The translations under genes and the position numbers were made by a program. Under the pieces are notes generated by a model that was given only the letters and a program-made list of their open reading frames with translations, was not told where the DNA came from and made no database searches. Of a DNA stretch of 55,637 bases, positions 27,049-35,830 are shown piece by piece. The stretch is from the sequence record OR810919.1; one strand, 5' to 3'. Position 1 is the first letter of the stretch; every line of letters begins with the position of its first letter. Source of the stretch: Klebsiella phage VB_KpM-AEV23.

Positions 27049-28009
27049 ATGTATTGTTAACTCCTGGCTCGGTTACATAGTCATACTGAATCTCAGACTT
27101 CTTACGCGGCTTCTTGAGACGACGTACTTTCTTGGCGAAGTCACCGCCGAGTAACGTCAAATCAGCCAGCCACGGTCCTTTCGGTTTGTTGTCACCTCGG
27201 AATCTTACTGTGTCGATTTTATACTGTCCGTCGTACTGTGTAAACATAGAATTTACCTGCACGAGTCCACCGACAGAAAGAGTAGGATTGAGATTACACG
27301 TTACCTCAAGACCTTTGTCTGTACCACGAGGAGCACCAACCATACCTGACGACACTGACAGCACGATTACCTCGGCATCAGTATATCCGTTGTTAGGAAT
27401 GATGTTTAGCTTGTTGTCTTGAATTGACCACGTAGCGTTATTAGCCCCAGCTATCTGGTCCAGAATTTGGTGAGTCTGACCAAACATAGTGCGAGCACGC
27501 ATAAACGGTTTGATGTTGTTATCAAGACAGATAAAGCCTTCATCAACCTTTGGCATACTGGCAAGACACATATCAACAAGGTCGTCGTGCGTTGAGCCCT
27601 TAGTCAGGGTAGCAGACATAAACCCAGTTGTATACGACTTGAGAGCATCTGCACATTCAAGCACAGTCTGAATGTCCATACCATTACGCTGGTCATTAGT
27701 CCTGGTTATGTCGCCTTCGAATATTTGACGATACACAACATCTGTAAGGCCATAACCCACAGAGAGACGGACGTAATCCCATTCGCCAGAAGCAAGTTTA
27801 TAGCGGTTGGATTCAGTCAGGTTGAATACAGTGATTGTTGCTTTATTGGGATGCTTCGCATTACCTTTTTGAATATCAAAGGTAACGCGAAGGTTGGAAA
27901 TGATTATACCTTCTTTCCCGTTACTGACCTCAAGCTTTAACGCTCGGCCAAACTGACGGGTAGGCTGTTTTGTCGACGATGAAGACACTGCAACGTCCTC
28001 CCATATCAT
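27038..28009 (-). CDS. baseplate hub/tail protein
   Basis: Position only. Confidence 0.35.
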   Translation of the reverse strand: MIWEDVAVSSSSTKQPTRQFGRALKLEVSNGKEGIIISNLRVTFDIQKGNAKHPNKATITVFNLTESNRYKLASGEWDYVRLSVGYGLTDVVYRQIFEGDITRTNDQRNGMDIQTVLECADALKSYTTGFMSATLTKGSTHDDLVDMCLASMPKVDEGFICLDNNIKPFMRARTMFGQTHQILDQIAGANNATWSIQDNKLNIIPNNGYTDAEVIVLSVSSGMVGAPRGTDKGLEVTCNLNPTLSVGGLVQVNSMFTQYDGQYKIDTVRFRGDNKPKGPWLADLTLLGGDFAKKVRRLKKPRKKSEIQYDYVTEPGVNNTYGR

Positions 28010-28322
28010 CAGCGGTCATGGGACCAATACGGCTTGAGGACTTATCGCTGACTATCAGCGCAATACGAGTGTCCCAGCCACCAAAAGCTACTCGGCCATA
28101 TTGTAAAGCATAACTGGAACAAAGTACATTGTTAGATGAGACGTCGGTTACTGTTGCCTGCCAGAGCTGACCTATGGTATTGAACCGTAGGTCAACCTGG
28201 TAGGTATAACCTGCAATCTGAATTGAGATTGACTGACGTCCAGCACTAGTCGGTTCAAGGTCGTAGATACCAGAACCGTCATTCCCGATAATATCAAGGA
28301 AGTGTGTGGTTGTCATAATCAT
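27930..28322 (-). CDS. tail protein
   Basis: Position only. Confidence 0.3.
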   Translation of the reverse strand: MIMTTTHFLDIIGNDGSGIYDLEPTSAGRQSISIQIAGYTYQVDLRFNTIGQLWQATVTDVSSNNVLCSSYALQYGRVAFGGWDTRIALIVSDKSSSRIGPMTADDMGGRCSVFIVDKTAYPSVWPSVKA

Positions 28323-29218
28323 CAGAACAGACCTCGCAGGTTAACGCCGAAGATGTCACCGAGTGTAACGTTGAAGCCTCGGTTATCATTCGCCTTCTTA
28401 TCACTAATAGATGTAGTTGTGTTAATATCTTTCTTCGTCGTTGCATCACCCTGTGCTTGTGCTCGTCCACTTTTCTTTGAGCCTGTGTTAGCAGGTCTGC
28501 CAGTTGACTTAGCGGCTACAGCATTGGTAACAACAATTGGTACTTCCAGTATCTCACGGAATGTCAAAGTGAAAGTAGCTGAGCCGTCTTTCTCCTGTAC
28601 TACACGAACAGACTTCAGAAGCATATTCGTATACTTAAAAATACCCGTGTCAACGTCACAGTAGATAACGTTTTTCTGGAAGTCCAGCAACTTACGATAT
28701 ACAGATTCAATACGTAAGTTGTCCGAAGGCTTCAGCTGTTCCGCTATACTAAAGTCAGGCAACCAAGGAACTAAAGAGCTAGAAATGGTAGCGTCTAAAC
28801 CACCCCAGTCTATAAAGGAAGCTAGCTTGTTTACTGCTAAGTCCCTTGTACTTTCGAGGACAGTAGACACTACTTTAGGAAGCTCTATATCATCCAAGAA
28901 ATCAAGCGTTCTCAGGCCGGTAATATCACTGATTGTGTCTTCCTGAATCGATGTGTCCAGGTAACCCACAACCACGCCTGTGACCGTTATCACCTTTGGC
29001 TGGATAGCAGCATGGTCTGACGCCTTAGCACCAGACTCAAGTTCGTTGTCTGCAATCTCCAACTCAGAGGAGTGCTCTTCGTTGGTGACTGCATCCATCT
29101 TAATACCGCCACAGTTCCTGAAACGGAGTGTGGCGGTACCATCGCCCATGAGTGTGTTACGAGCGTCATTCGCCAGCTGCGTAGCCGAGTCAACAATACC
29201 TGTAAAGATGTCAGTCAT
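28322..29218 (-). CDS. tail/baseplate protein downstream of the tape measure
   Basis: Position only. Confidence 0.35.
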   Translation of the reverse strand: MTDIFTGIVDSATQLANDARNTLMGDGTATLRFRNCGGIKMDAVTNEEHSSELEIADNELESGAKASDHAAIQPKVITVTGVVVGYLDTSIQEDTISDITGLRTLDFLDDIELPKVVSTVLESTRDLAVNKLASFIDWGGLDATISSSLVPWLPDFSIAEQLKPSDNLRIESVYRKLLDFQKNVIYCDVDTGIFKYTNMLLKSVRVVQEKDGSATFTLTFREILEVPIVVTNAVAAKSTGRPANTGSKKSGRAQAQGDATTKKDINTTTSISDKKANDNRGFNVTLGDIFGVNLRGLF

Positions 29219-30876
29219 TGTTTCACCGCCGTCTGCAAATTAGATTTAGACGAAGCATTCTGATGCGCCAGCTTAGTCTGGTCTGCAACTTCCTTGCCTA
29301 CCTGTTGTGGGTTCTCAACACCTGTAATAGTTGCATCAACCTTGACACTATTATCCTGGTGGATAACCGTAGGTGCGCCGCTGTTGTTAGCAGACTGGCT
29401 TGCACTATTCATTGCTGCACGCATTGCCTGGCCGCCAGGAGTAAGCTCACCTGTGATAGGGTTGAAGTTACGAGCAGACCAGCTAAGTAAATCGCTAAAG
29501 CTAAATCCGCCACCTTGCGGCTTAGGTTGTTGCGGCGGCAAAGGTCCTGTACCATAACCATCAGCAATAGCCTGAGGGTTATTCATGTTCGGCATCTTGC
29601 TAAACATGTTAAGCAGGTATTGGCCACCAGGCAGCTGAGCAATAGCTTCAGTAATCCAAAGCTTAATGTCTTCAATGCCTTTCTTAATCTTGACCATCAG
29701 GTTGTCCCACCAACCTGTCAGCTTGTCCCATGCCCTGCCATCGAAGATTGCCAGTATAGCATCAGCGATGATAAGTACATATTGCTTAACAAGGCTCCAA
29801 GCCTGAACAGCTTCCTTGGACCAGTTGACCATTGTCTCACGGCCTGCTAACGCATCATCAAGGTCAGCGAGCAGCGAGATGATTGCAGCAATACCGAGAA
29901 TTAACCAGGTTAACGGGTTCATCAGTATTTTGGCTGCAAGCGCCATAAACGCATTACCTACACGAGCAAGCACAGGAATAAGCTGCATCAATGCAAATGT
30001 AGTTATGGCAACCATTAGTGGGAAGTTATCACCAACTACATATACCAGACGCTTAACGTTTTCAATTAAGCCGAATACAAGGTCATCAAACTTTTTAAAT
30101 GCTGCAGTAAGTGTTGCATCGTTAAGAACAGATGTCAACGTCTTGACCAGGGAGATAGCACCTTTGGTTGCTTCGCTCCAGATTCTGGTCTGCGAGAACT
30201 TAGCTCGTGCAGCATACCAGATTGTACTCAAGTTGGTAAGCTGAGCTTTCAGCGTGTTAGCAACTTGTTCTGCAATTGGTTTTAAACGCTCAGCTTCTTT
30301 TTTCAGAGCGCTGGTAAGAATGTCAGACGTGATTTGCTTCTTGCGCATCATGTCTTGTAGTTCACCAAGTGGTTTATCGAGGTAGCGAGACAGCGCACCC
30401 CAGATGTCGACACCGGCGTTAATGAACTGGTTCTTTTCTTGGCCCTGCAATGAACCCATCGCAGTAGCCTGGCCATACGCAATAATGGTACGTGCCAAGT
30501 CACCGCCTGTTGCGGCAGTGATAGTTTTGAGCATCTGAAGTGAACCGTTTAACGGGTCAACGCCATATGCTTTTAATTTGGTAAAGCCGTCGAGTGCCTC
30601 CTGTAATGGTGTACCCATTTGCAGAGACATATCCATCAGCGTTTTCCACGTCGATTCTACGTCGTAACCGAAGCCTCGAATCTTGGCGCCAATTACATCC
30701 GCTTCTAACGCGGGCGCAAACATCTTGCCGAGCGCACTTGCAGCACGCTCAGCCAGATTGATTACGTCACCGAGGGTAATCACAAAACGGCGAGACAGCT
30801 GGTCGAAGAGGTCAAAGCCAGAACTATCGGCCTTACTCTCTAGCGATACCAGGAAGCTATCGATTATTGTCGCCAT
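29215..30876 (-). CDS. tail tape measure protein
   Basis: 553 aa, alpha-helical and Ala/Leu-rich with a central hydrophobic block. Lies after the chaperone with frameshift. Confidence 0.7.
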   Translation of the reverse strand: MATIIDSFLVSLESKADSSGFDLFDQLSRRFVITLGDVINLAERAASALGKMFAPALEADVIGAKIRGFGYDVESTWKTLMDMSLQMGTPLQEALDGFTKLKAYGVDPLNGSLQMLKTITAATGGDLARTIIAYGQATAMGSLQGQEKNQFINAGVDIWGALSRYLDKPLGELQDMMRKKQITSDILTSALKKEAERLKPIAEQVANTLKAQLTNLSTIWYAARAKFSQTRIWSEATKGAISLVKTLTSVLNDATLTAAFKKFDDLVFGLIENVKRLVYVVGDNFPLMVAITTFALMQLIPVLARVGNAFMALAAKILMNPLTWLILGIAAIISLLADLDDALAGRETMVNWSKEAVQAWSLVKQYVLIIADAILAIFDGRAWDKLTGWWDNLMVKIKKGIEDIKLWITEAIAQLPGGQYLLNMFSKMPNMNNPQAIADGYGTGPLPPQQPKPQGGGFSFSDLLSWSARNFNPITGELTPGGQAMRAAMNSASQSANNSGAPTVIHQDNSVKVDATITGVENPQQVGKEVADQTKLAHQNASSKSNLQTAVKQ

Positions 30877-31104
30877 GGATTTCCTCTAGCTCGGCATAGT
30901 CGAGAATAGCTATATGCAGGTCACACAATTCGCATAGAGTGTAACTGGTCTTCAGTTCCTCCAGCTTTATATGGCCTTTGATAACTGGCAACCAAATAAA
31001 CCAGTCAGTTTCTTGCGTCCCTGACTGGTTTCGTTTACGCTCTATTTCGTCGAGGGCATGGCTAGACCCGCTATTCCTGACAGGCCATTCCCTTTGAAAA
31101 AATC
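30857..31104 (-). other. -1 programmed-frameshift extension (GT-like) of the tail assembly chaperone
   Basis: Slippery T_TTT_TTC (plus-strand gaaaaaa, 31096-31102) sits in the chaperone 0 frame. The -1 frame stays open for 79 codons across the otherwise non-coding gap and stops at 30857-30859. Confidence 0.55.
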
Positions 31105-31470
31105 CGCGAATTGGAAGAGCAGACCTTCTTTCAGAATCGGCAGAATGTGACTGCGATACTGGTTGAAGTGCTGGTCTTTTACATCGCCGAGTTTTCGCGG
31201 GGTTCCATTTACAACAACAACGGTGTTCTTGAAGATGAGGTCTTCAATCGCAGTCACTTCGTCAGAACCTGCGTTGTCGAGCACAGCATCAAGGATAACC
31301 AACATGGCCTTCTTACCGTCGACCTTATTGTCTTTACCCACAATGTCAGCATTACCGATGCCTTTGAACAGTTTCCCTGCTTTCTTCAGGACTGCCCAGG
31401 CAGGTAGTGCGTTTGCCAGGTTCATGTTATACGTTACACCGTCGATGTCAAATGATTTGGGCTCAGTCAT
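31042..31470 (-). CDS. tail assembly chaperone (G-like)
   Basis: 142 aa, upstream of the tape measure. Slippery site near the 3' end. Confidence 0.55.
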   Translation of the reverse strand: MTEPKSFDIDGVTYNMNLANALPAWAVLKKAGKLFKGIGNADIVGKDNKVDGKKAMLVILDAVLDNAGSDEVTAIEDLIFKNTVVVVNGTPRKLGDVKDQHFNQYRSHILPILKEGLLFQFADFFKGNGLSGIAGLAMPSTK

Positions 31471-31486
31471 TTGTCAGTTCCTTTTA

Positions 31487-31918
31487 TTAAGCGTCAAAAC
31501 CTTCGGTCAGAGTCATACCACCGTTGTGGAAGACAATCGCGAATGTAGTTGGGTTGTGGCCGTTACCGCGGGTCCAAGGGGAACCGTCAGTGAAGTAACC
31601 TTTCTTGCCCCAGGCAAGGTCCTGGTTCAGAAGGTCTTTAGCCTGCAGAACAAACGGGACGAATCCACGGATGTTGTTACGCTGCAGGTTGTACTGGTCG
31701 TTCAGCCATTTGGCGTCAGGACCAGATTGCTTAACCTTAACGGTCAGCTTGATGGCTTTCGACGGGTTCATAATCTGAATGCCGTTACCATCTGCGCCAG
31801 CCAGGTAGGTGGACGCAGGGTCCACCCATTGAACGTCGATTACATCGGCGCCATCAGCCCAGTCTGACAACTGAACACCATTAAGGCTCAGCACGCATTC
31901 AGAAGAATCGATGATCAT
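31487..31918 (-). CDS. tail tube protein (start revised to the internal Met)
   Basis: RBS aaggag lies directly after the sheath stop. Product is 143 aa. Confidence 0.45.
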   Translation of the reverse strand: MIIDSSECVLSLNGVQLSDWADGADVIDVQWVDPASTYLAGADGNGIQIMNPSKAIKLTVKVKQSGPDAKWLNDQYNLQRNNIRGFVPFVLQAKDLLNQDLAWGKKGYFTDGSPWTRGNGHNPTTFAIVFHNGGMTLTEGFDA

Positions 31919-31928
31919 TGATAACTCC

Positions 31929-33068
31929 TTAACGTGTGAAGTTGATGAGGATGTCGCTAGAGTGGATAGCGCCAGCCAGTTTGATTGCAATCTGCATCAC
32001 AACTGCTTCACGTTTCTCACGCTCTTCCAGAGGCTGGTCGTCAACATCAGGAATATAGATGTAGAAGCCAGTTTCCAGACGGTCGCCATAAGACAGCGTA
32101 CCGAACTCATCACCATACCAGATGCCAGGTGCAACCAGACCGTTGTCCACAGCCTGCTGACATGCAACAGCTGCAGCACCAGTAAGGCGCTCGTGACCTT
32201 TGTTCGTCTGCGGCACCTTCGTGGGTGACGTAGCCAGGGCGTTGAAGACATAGGTCTGAACAGCGTTACAGAACCAGTCCAGGCCGTGCACTTCATCCCA
32301 GAAGCGTGGCGGGTTGGAAGTACCGAGAACAGTACCTTCAGCCAGCATCGCAAACGTGCTGTAGTAGGTGTACCAGTTAATGCCCAGAGCTTTACACTTG
32401 TTCGCTTCAGTCAGCGTCAGAGTGTTGTTCGGCGTAATGCCTGGCTCTTGTTTAAACTTCATGGTAATCGTTGTGCGGTTACCTGAGAAGTTAACAGACA
32501 GTGCGCGGGCCATCGCGGAGATGTCAGCGTACTTCTGGTTGTTCTTGTCGTACTGCAGCCACATATTATCGTAGCCTTTGCCAGCAAGAATTTTAATCTT
32601 GTTGGTGTCAGAGTTTTCGATGTCTGCAGCGTTCAGCGTGGTATAGCTCATACGCTTTTTGTCGTATGCAGCTACTGCACCGGCCAGTGCGGTAAGCTCG
32701 TCAGCAGTGAGCTGAGCAGTTGGCGGAAGCGGACGAACAACGTACCAGTTAGGGTAAGCGTCGTTGAACGAGTTCAGCGCGTCTTCGAGAGTACCATCCG
32801 GGTCCCATGAGCCGATGACTACCGACTTAGGACGCGGGCTTTGTGCAAAGAATACTTTTAACGCTTCAATGACAACAGAGCCTGTACCCCAGTAAGCATT
32901 AGCTTCTGAGATTTGAGAGATTTCAACATAGTGACCATTGTCACCATCAGGGAATGCAGTGCCTGGGTCCTGAGTCAGGAGAGCCAGTTTACCGAAGTCA
33001 CCTTTGCTGATACCAGTCGGCGTGTTGTTCAGTTGAACGTTGACAATCTGGTTGACATTCAACGGCAT
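31929..33068 (-). CDS. tail sheath protein
   Basis: 379 aa, followed by tube, chaperone and tape measure as in a contractile-tail module. Confidence 0.5.
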   Translation of the reverse strand: MPLNVNQIVNVQLNNTPTGISKGDFGKLALLTQDPGTAFPDGDNGHYVEISQISEANAYWGTGSVVIEALKVFFAQSPRPKSVVIGSWDPDGTLEDALNSFNDAYPNWYVVRPLPPTAQLTADELTALAGAVAAYDKKRMSYTTLNAADIENSDTNKIKILAGKGYDNMWLQYDKNNQKYADISAMARALSVNFSGNRTTITMKFKQEPGITPNNTLTLTEANKCKALGINWYTYYSTFAMLAEGTVLGTSNPPRFWDEVHGLDWFCNAVQTYVFNALATSPTKVPQTNKGHERLTGAAAVACQQAVDNGLVAPGIWYGDEFGTLSYGDRLETGFYIYIPDVDDQPLEEREKREAVVMQIAIKLAGAIHSSDILINFTR

Positions 33069-33155
33069 CTTGTTTACCTCATGGGGTGGACTTTCCGGCC
33101 ATTATACACAGGAATAAAGTCTGTGTAAATGGCCAAGAAAATGTTTATTGCCTGG

Positions 33156-35030
33156 TTAGTCAACTGATTGATAGGAACTATCAGATGCTTCTACCAGTCC
33201 ATTTTTTACTGTCGCACCTATCCTACAACCACCGGAGGCGACGCCAGTTATCAGGCCTGTATTATCGACTGTTGCCACAGTGGCATCTGTCGTAGTATAC
33301 TCGACCGTACTTGCTGGGTCAGTTAAGGCCCAGGCTGGAGTAGTTGAAACAACAAGACTTTGTGTTGCACCTACTGCCAACGAAGGTAACGAATCGGTGT
33401 GCACGCTTAATGTTACAGGGTACATACCAGACCCGTCACTAACTGCCTCACCATACGACTTAGCACTCATGTTAATGGTGGTACTACCTTCCGCTAACAT
33501 TGTAACCAAACCAGTTGAATCAACAGTTGCTATTGACTCATCTGTTGACGAGTAAGCAATATCGGTCAACGGCGAGTTTGGCGGGTTCGTCGTATATGTC
33601 AGTTGCACCTTGTTACCCACAAGGAGGTTACTCGGGAACGAATCCGTCGTTAAGCTTGCGGGTGAAGGTACAGTAATTGTAATGGTGTCTGTCTTTCCGC
33701 CGTCAACAGTAGTGACAGTAATGACAGAGGTACCAAAAGCAATACCAGTCACAAGTCCATTTGAATCTACTGTCGCATTGGCAGGTGTGGCAGAAGACCA
33801 AGTGACAGCTTTATTGGTTGCATCGGCCGGGGCGACTGTAGCTGTTAGTTGTAAGGTTGTACCTTTAACAACATCTGCAGCATCTCCCTGGTCAATGGTT
33901 ACACCCGTAGGATGAACCACAGGAACACCAACACTTATTCCGATAGTAGCTGTAAAGCTACCGTCTTCAGTGGTGACAGTTATATTAGCACTTCCGCCTG
34001 CAACTGCCGTTACCAAGCCAGCAGAACTTACAGTAGCCACAGAAGATGCCGATGATTGCCACGACACGTTTTTGTTTGTTGCATTAGCAGGCGCAACAGT
34101 TGCGTGAAGTTGAAGAGTGTCTCCAACAGTCATGCTAGCTGTAGAACCTTCGTCAATAGTAACACCAGTGACAGGAACGACAGGAACCTTAACAACAACA
34201 GCCAAGGTATCAGTCTTCGCACCGTCAGTAGTAGTTACAGTTATTGTTGCATTACCTGCTGCTACACCTGTTACCTTGCCATCAGCATCGACAGTGGCTA
34301 TAGCCGTGTCACTGCTTTTGTAAGTAACAGATTTGTCAGTAGCGTTAGCCGGTAAAACAGTTATCTCGGTTTCTTCAGTGTTACCGATGTTTACGTTTAG
34401 CGGTTCCTGAGTATCAAACTGTACGCTGGTAACATGTACAGTAGGCGGAATTACAGTTACTGCACACGTATCATATACGCTTGCAGAATAGAAAAGGGTT
34501 ACGACAGTAGACCCAGGCGCAACAGCTGTAACTTTACCGTTTGTGTCAACAGTAGCTATTGCTGGGTTATCAGTCTGCCAGGAGAAGTTGAGGTCGTCTG
34601 CGTCAGCTGGCAAGTAAGTGAAACTGAGTTGACCGGTAGCACCTACCTCAAGCGAGAGACTTGTGGGTGTAACAGTAACATCAGTAACAGGCACAGGTGC
34701 TTTGGTTATAATAAACCGAATCACAATAGTAAAACCACCATCGTCTGATGTGCCAGTTACAAATGCTTCACCAGCAGACACTGGTGTAACATAGCCTTCG
34801 GCATCTACAGTTACGACAAGAGGCTTACTTGACTTCCAGGTCATGCCCTTGTTAGTTGCATCAGCAGGGTCGTACATAACACCAATTAATACGCGGCTAT
34901 CGTTCGACAGCATCTCGTAAAGGTATTTGCTCGCCCATATACCCTTCAGCTTAACTTCGGGGGTAAAACCTTTACCCCCGTTGCTTTTGCTGAACTGGAC
35001 GTCGACAACCTCATTAAGTGGAAGCGACAT
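33156..35030 (-). CDS. Ig-like (Big_2) repeat structural protein
   Basis: Repeated ~80-aa units of T-V-T-P...ATVD type. RBS aggag. Confidence 0.55.
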   Translation of the reverse strand: MSLPLNEVVDVQFSKSNGGKGFTPEVKLKGIWASKYLYEMLSNDSRVLIGVMYDPADATNKGMTWKSSKPLVVTVDAEGYVTPVSAGEAFVTGTSDDGGFTIVIRFIITKAPVPVTDVTVTPTSLSLEVGATGQLSFTYLPADADDLNFSWQTDNPAIATVDTNGKVTAVAPGSTVVTLFYSASVYDTCAVTVIPPTVHVTSVQFDTQEPLNVNIGNTEETEITVLPANATDKSVTYKSSDTAIATVDADGKVTGVAAGNATITVTTTDGAKTDTLAVVVKVPVVPVTGVTIDEGSTASMTVGDTLQLHATVAPANATNKNVSWQSSASSVATVSSAGLVTAVAGGSANITVTTEDGSFTATIGISVGVPVVHPTGVTIDQGDAADVVKGTTLQLTATVAPADATNKAVTWSSATPANATVDSNGLVTGIAFGTSVITVTTVDGGKTDTITITVPSPASLTTDSFPSNLLVGNKVQLTYTTNPPNSPLTDIAYSSTDESIATVDSTGLVTMLAEGSTTINMSAKSYGEAVSDGSGMYPVTLSVHTDSLPSLAVGATQSLVVSTTPAWALTDPASTVEYTTTDATVATVDNTGLITGVASGGCRIGATVKNGLVEASDSSYQSVD

Positions 35031-35063
35031 CGTATGCTCCTGTTACGCGGTAACGGTTACAGC

Positions 35064-35217
35064 GCAGGTATCAGTTTTATCGCCATCAGTGGTTTTAACA
35101 GTGATGGTTGCTGTACCTTCTTTCAGACCAGTTACCAGACGCAGGTATCAGTTTTATCGCCATCAGTGGTTTTAACAGTGATGGTTGCTGTACCTTCTTT
35201 CAGACCAGTTACCAGAC
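35064..35217. repeat. perfect 77-bp tandem duplication (two copies)
   Basis: Direct read. 35064-35140 equals 35141-35217. Confidence 0.85.
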
Positions 35218-35815
35218 CAGAAGAGTTGACAGATGCTACTGTCGCGTCGCTGGAGGTATAGGTCACGGCTTTGTTGGTAGCGTTAGCCGGTGCAATAGTA
35301 GGGGTCAGCTGTTGAGTCTTAGTACCTGCCAGGGAAAGCGTGGCGGTCTTAGGAGCAACAGTAACGCCGGTAACTGCAACAGGCGGAGTTGTAACAGTGA
35401 TAGCTGCAGTATCAGTTTTGGTTGGGTCCAGTTTGGACTTAGCCGTGATAGTTGCAGAACCAACTTTAATACCCTGTACACGACCTGAGCCGTCAACAGT
35501 TGCGATGGTTTCGTCGTCAGACGACCACAGCACAGTAACATCGTCTGCGTCAGCAGGTGCGATGGTACCGGTAAGAGTTTTGAACTCACCTACCAGCAAG
35601 CTGGCGGTATCAGGTGTTACAGTGATGCCAGTAACCGGCGTAGGAATGAACTTGCCATTCTCATCGAGCTTAGTCGGTTTAGCTGGCGGGAACTGCGTAA
35701 CCTCTTCCTGACGCAGGTCTGCGTCTTCGATAGGACGGTTAGCGGTTGTGCGATTTGCCATCTGGAGAATCCTCTTATTGGATGTGCGCCAGCCTATTAT
35801 AAGCTGGCGCTTCAA
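35132..35815 (-). CDS. Ig-like (Big_2) domain protein
   Basis: Big_2-type repeats. Its stop codon is created at the duplication junction. Confidence 0.5.
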   Translation of the reverse strand: MKRQLIIGWRTSNKRILQMANRTTANRPIEDADLRQEEVTQFPPAKPTKLDENGKFIPTPVTGITVTPDTASLLVGEFKTLTGTIAPADADDVTVLWSSDDETIATVDGSGRVQGIKVGSATITAKSKLDPTKTDTAAITVTTPPVAVTGVTVAPKTATLSLAGTKTQQLTPTIAPANATNKAVTYTSSDATVASVNSSGLVTGLKEGTATITVKTTDGDKTDTCVW

Positions 35816-35830
35816 CCATGTAAATAGTCG

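Noticed and set aside
33280-35711. Multiple 60-126-aa plus-strand ORFs
   Set aside because: Shadows inside the Ig-like repeat genes on the minus strand.
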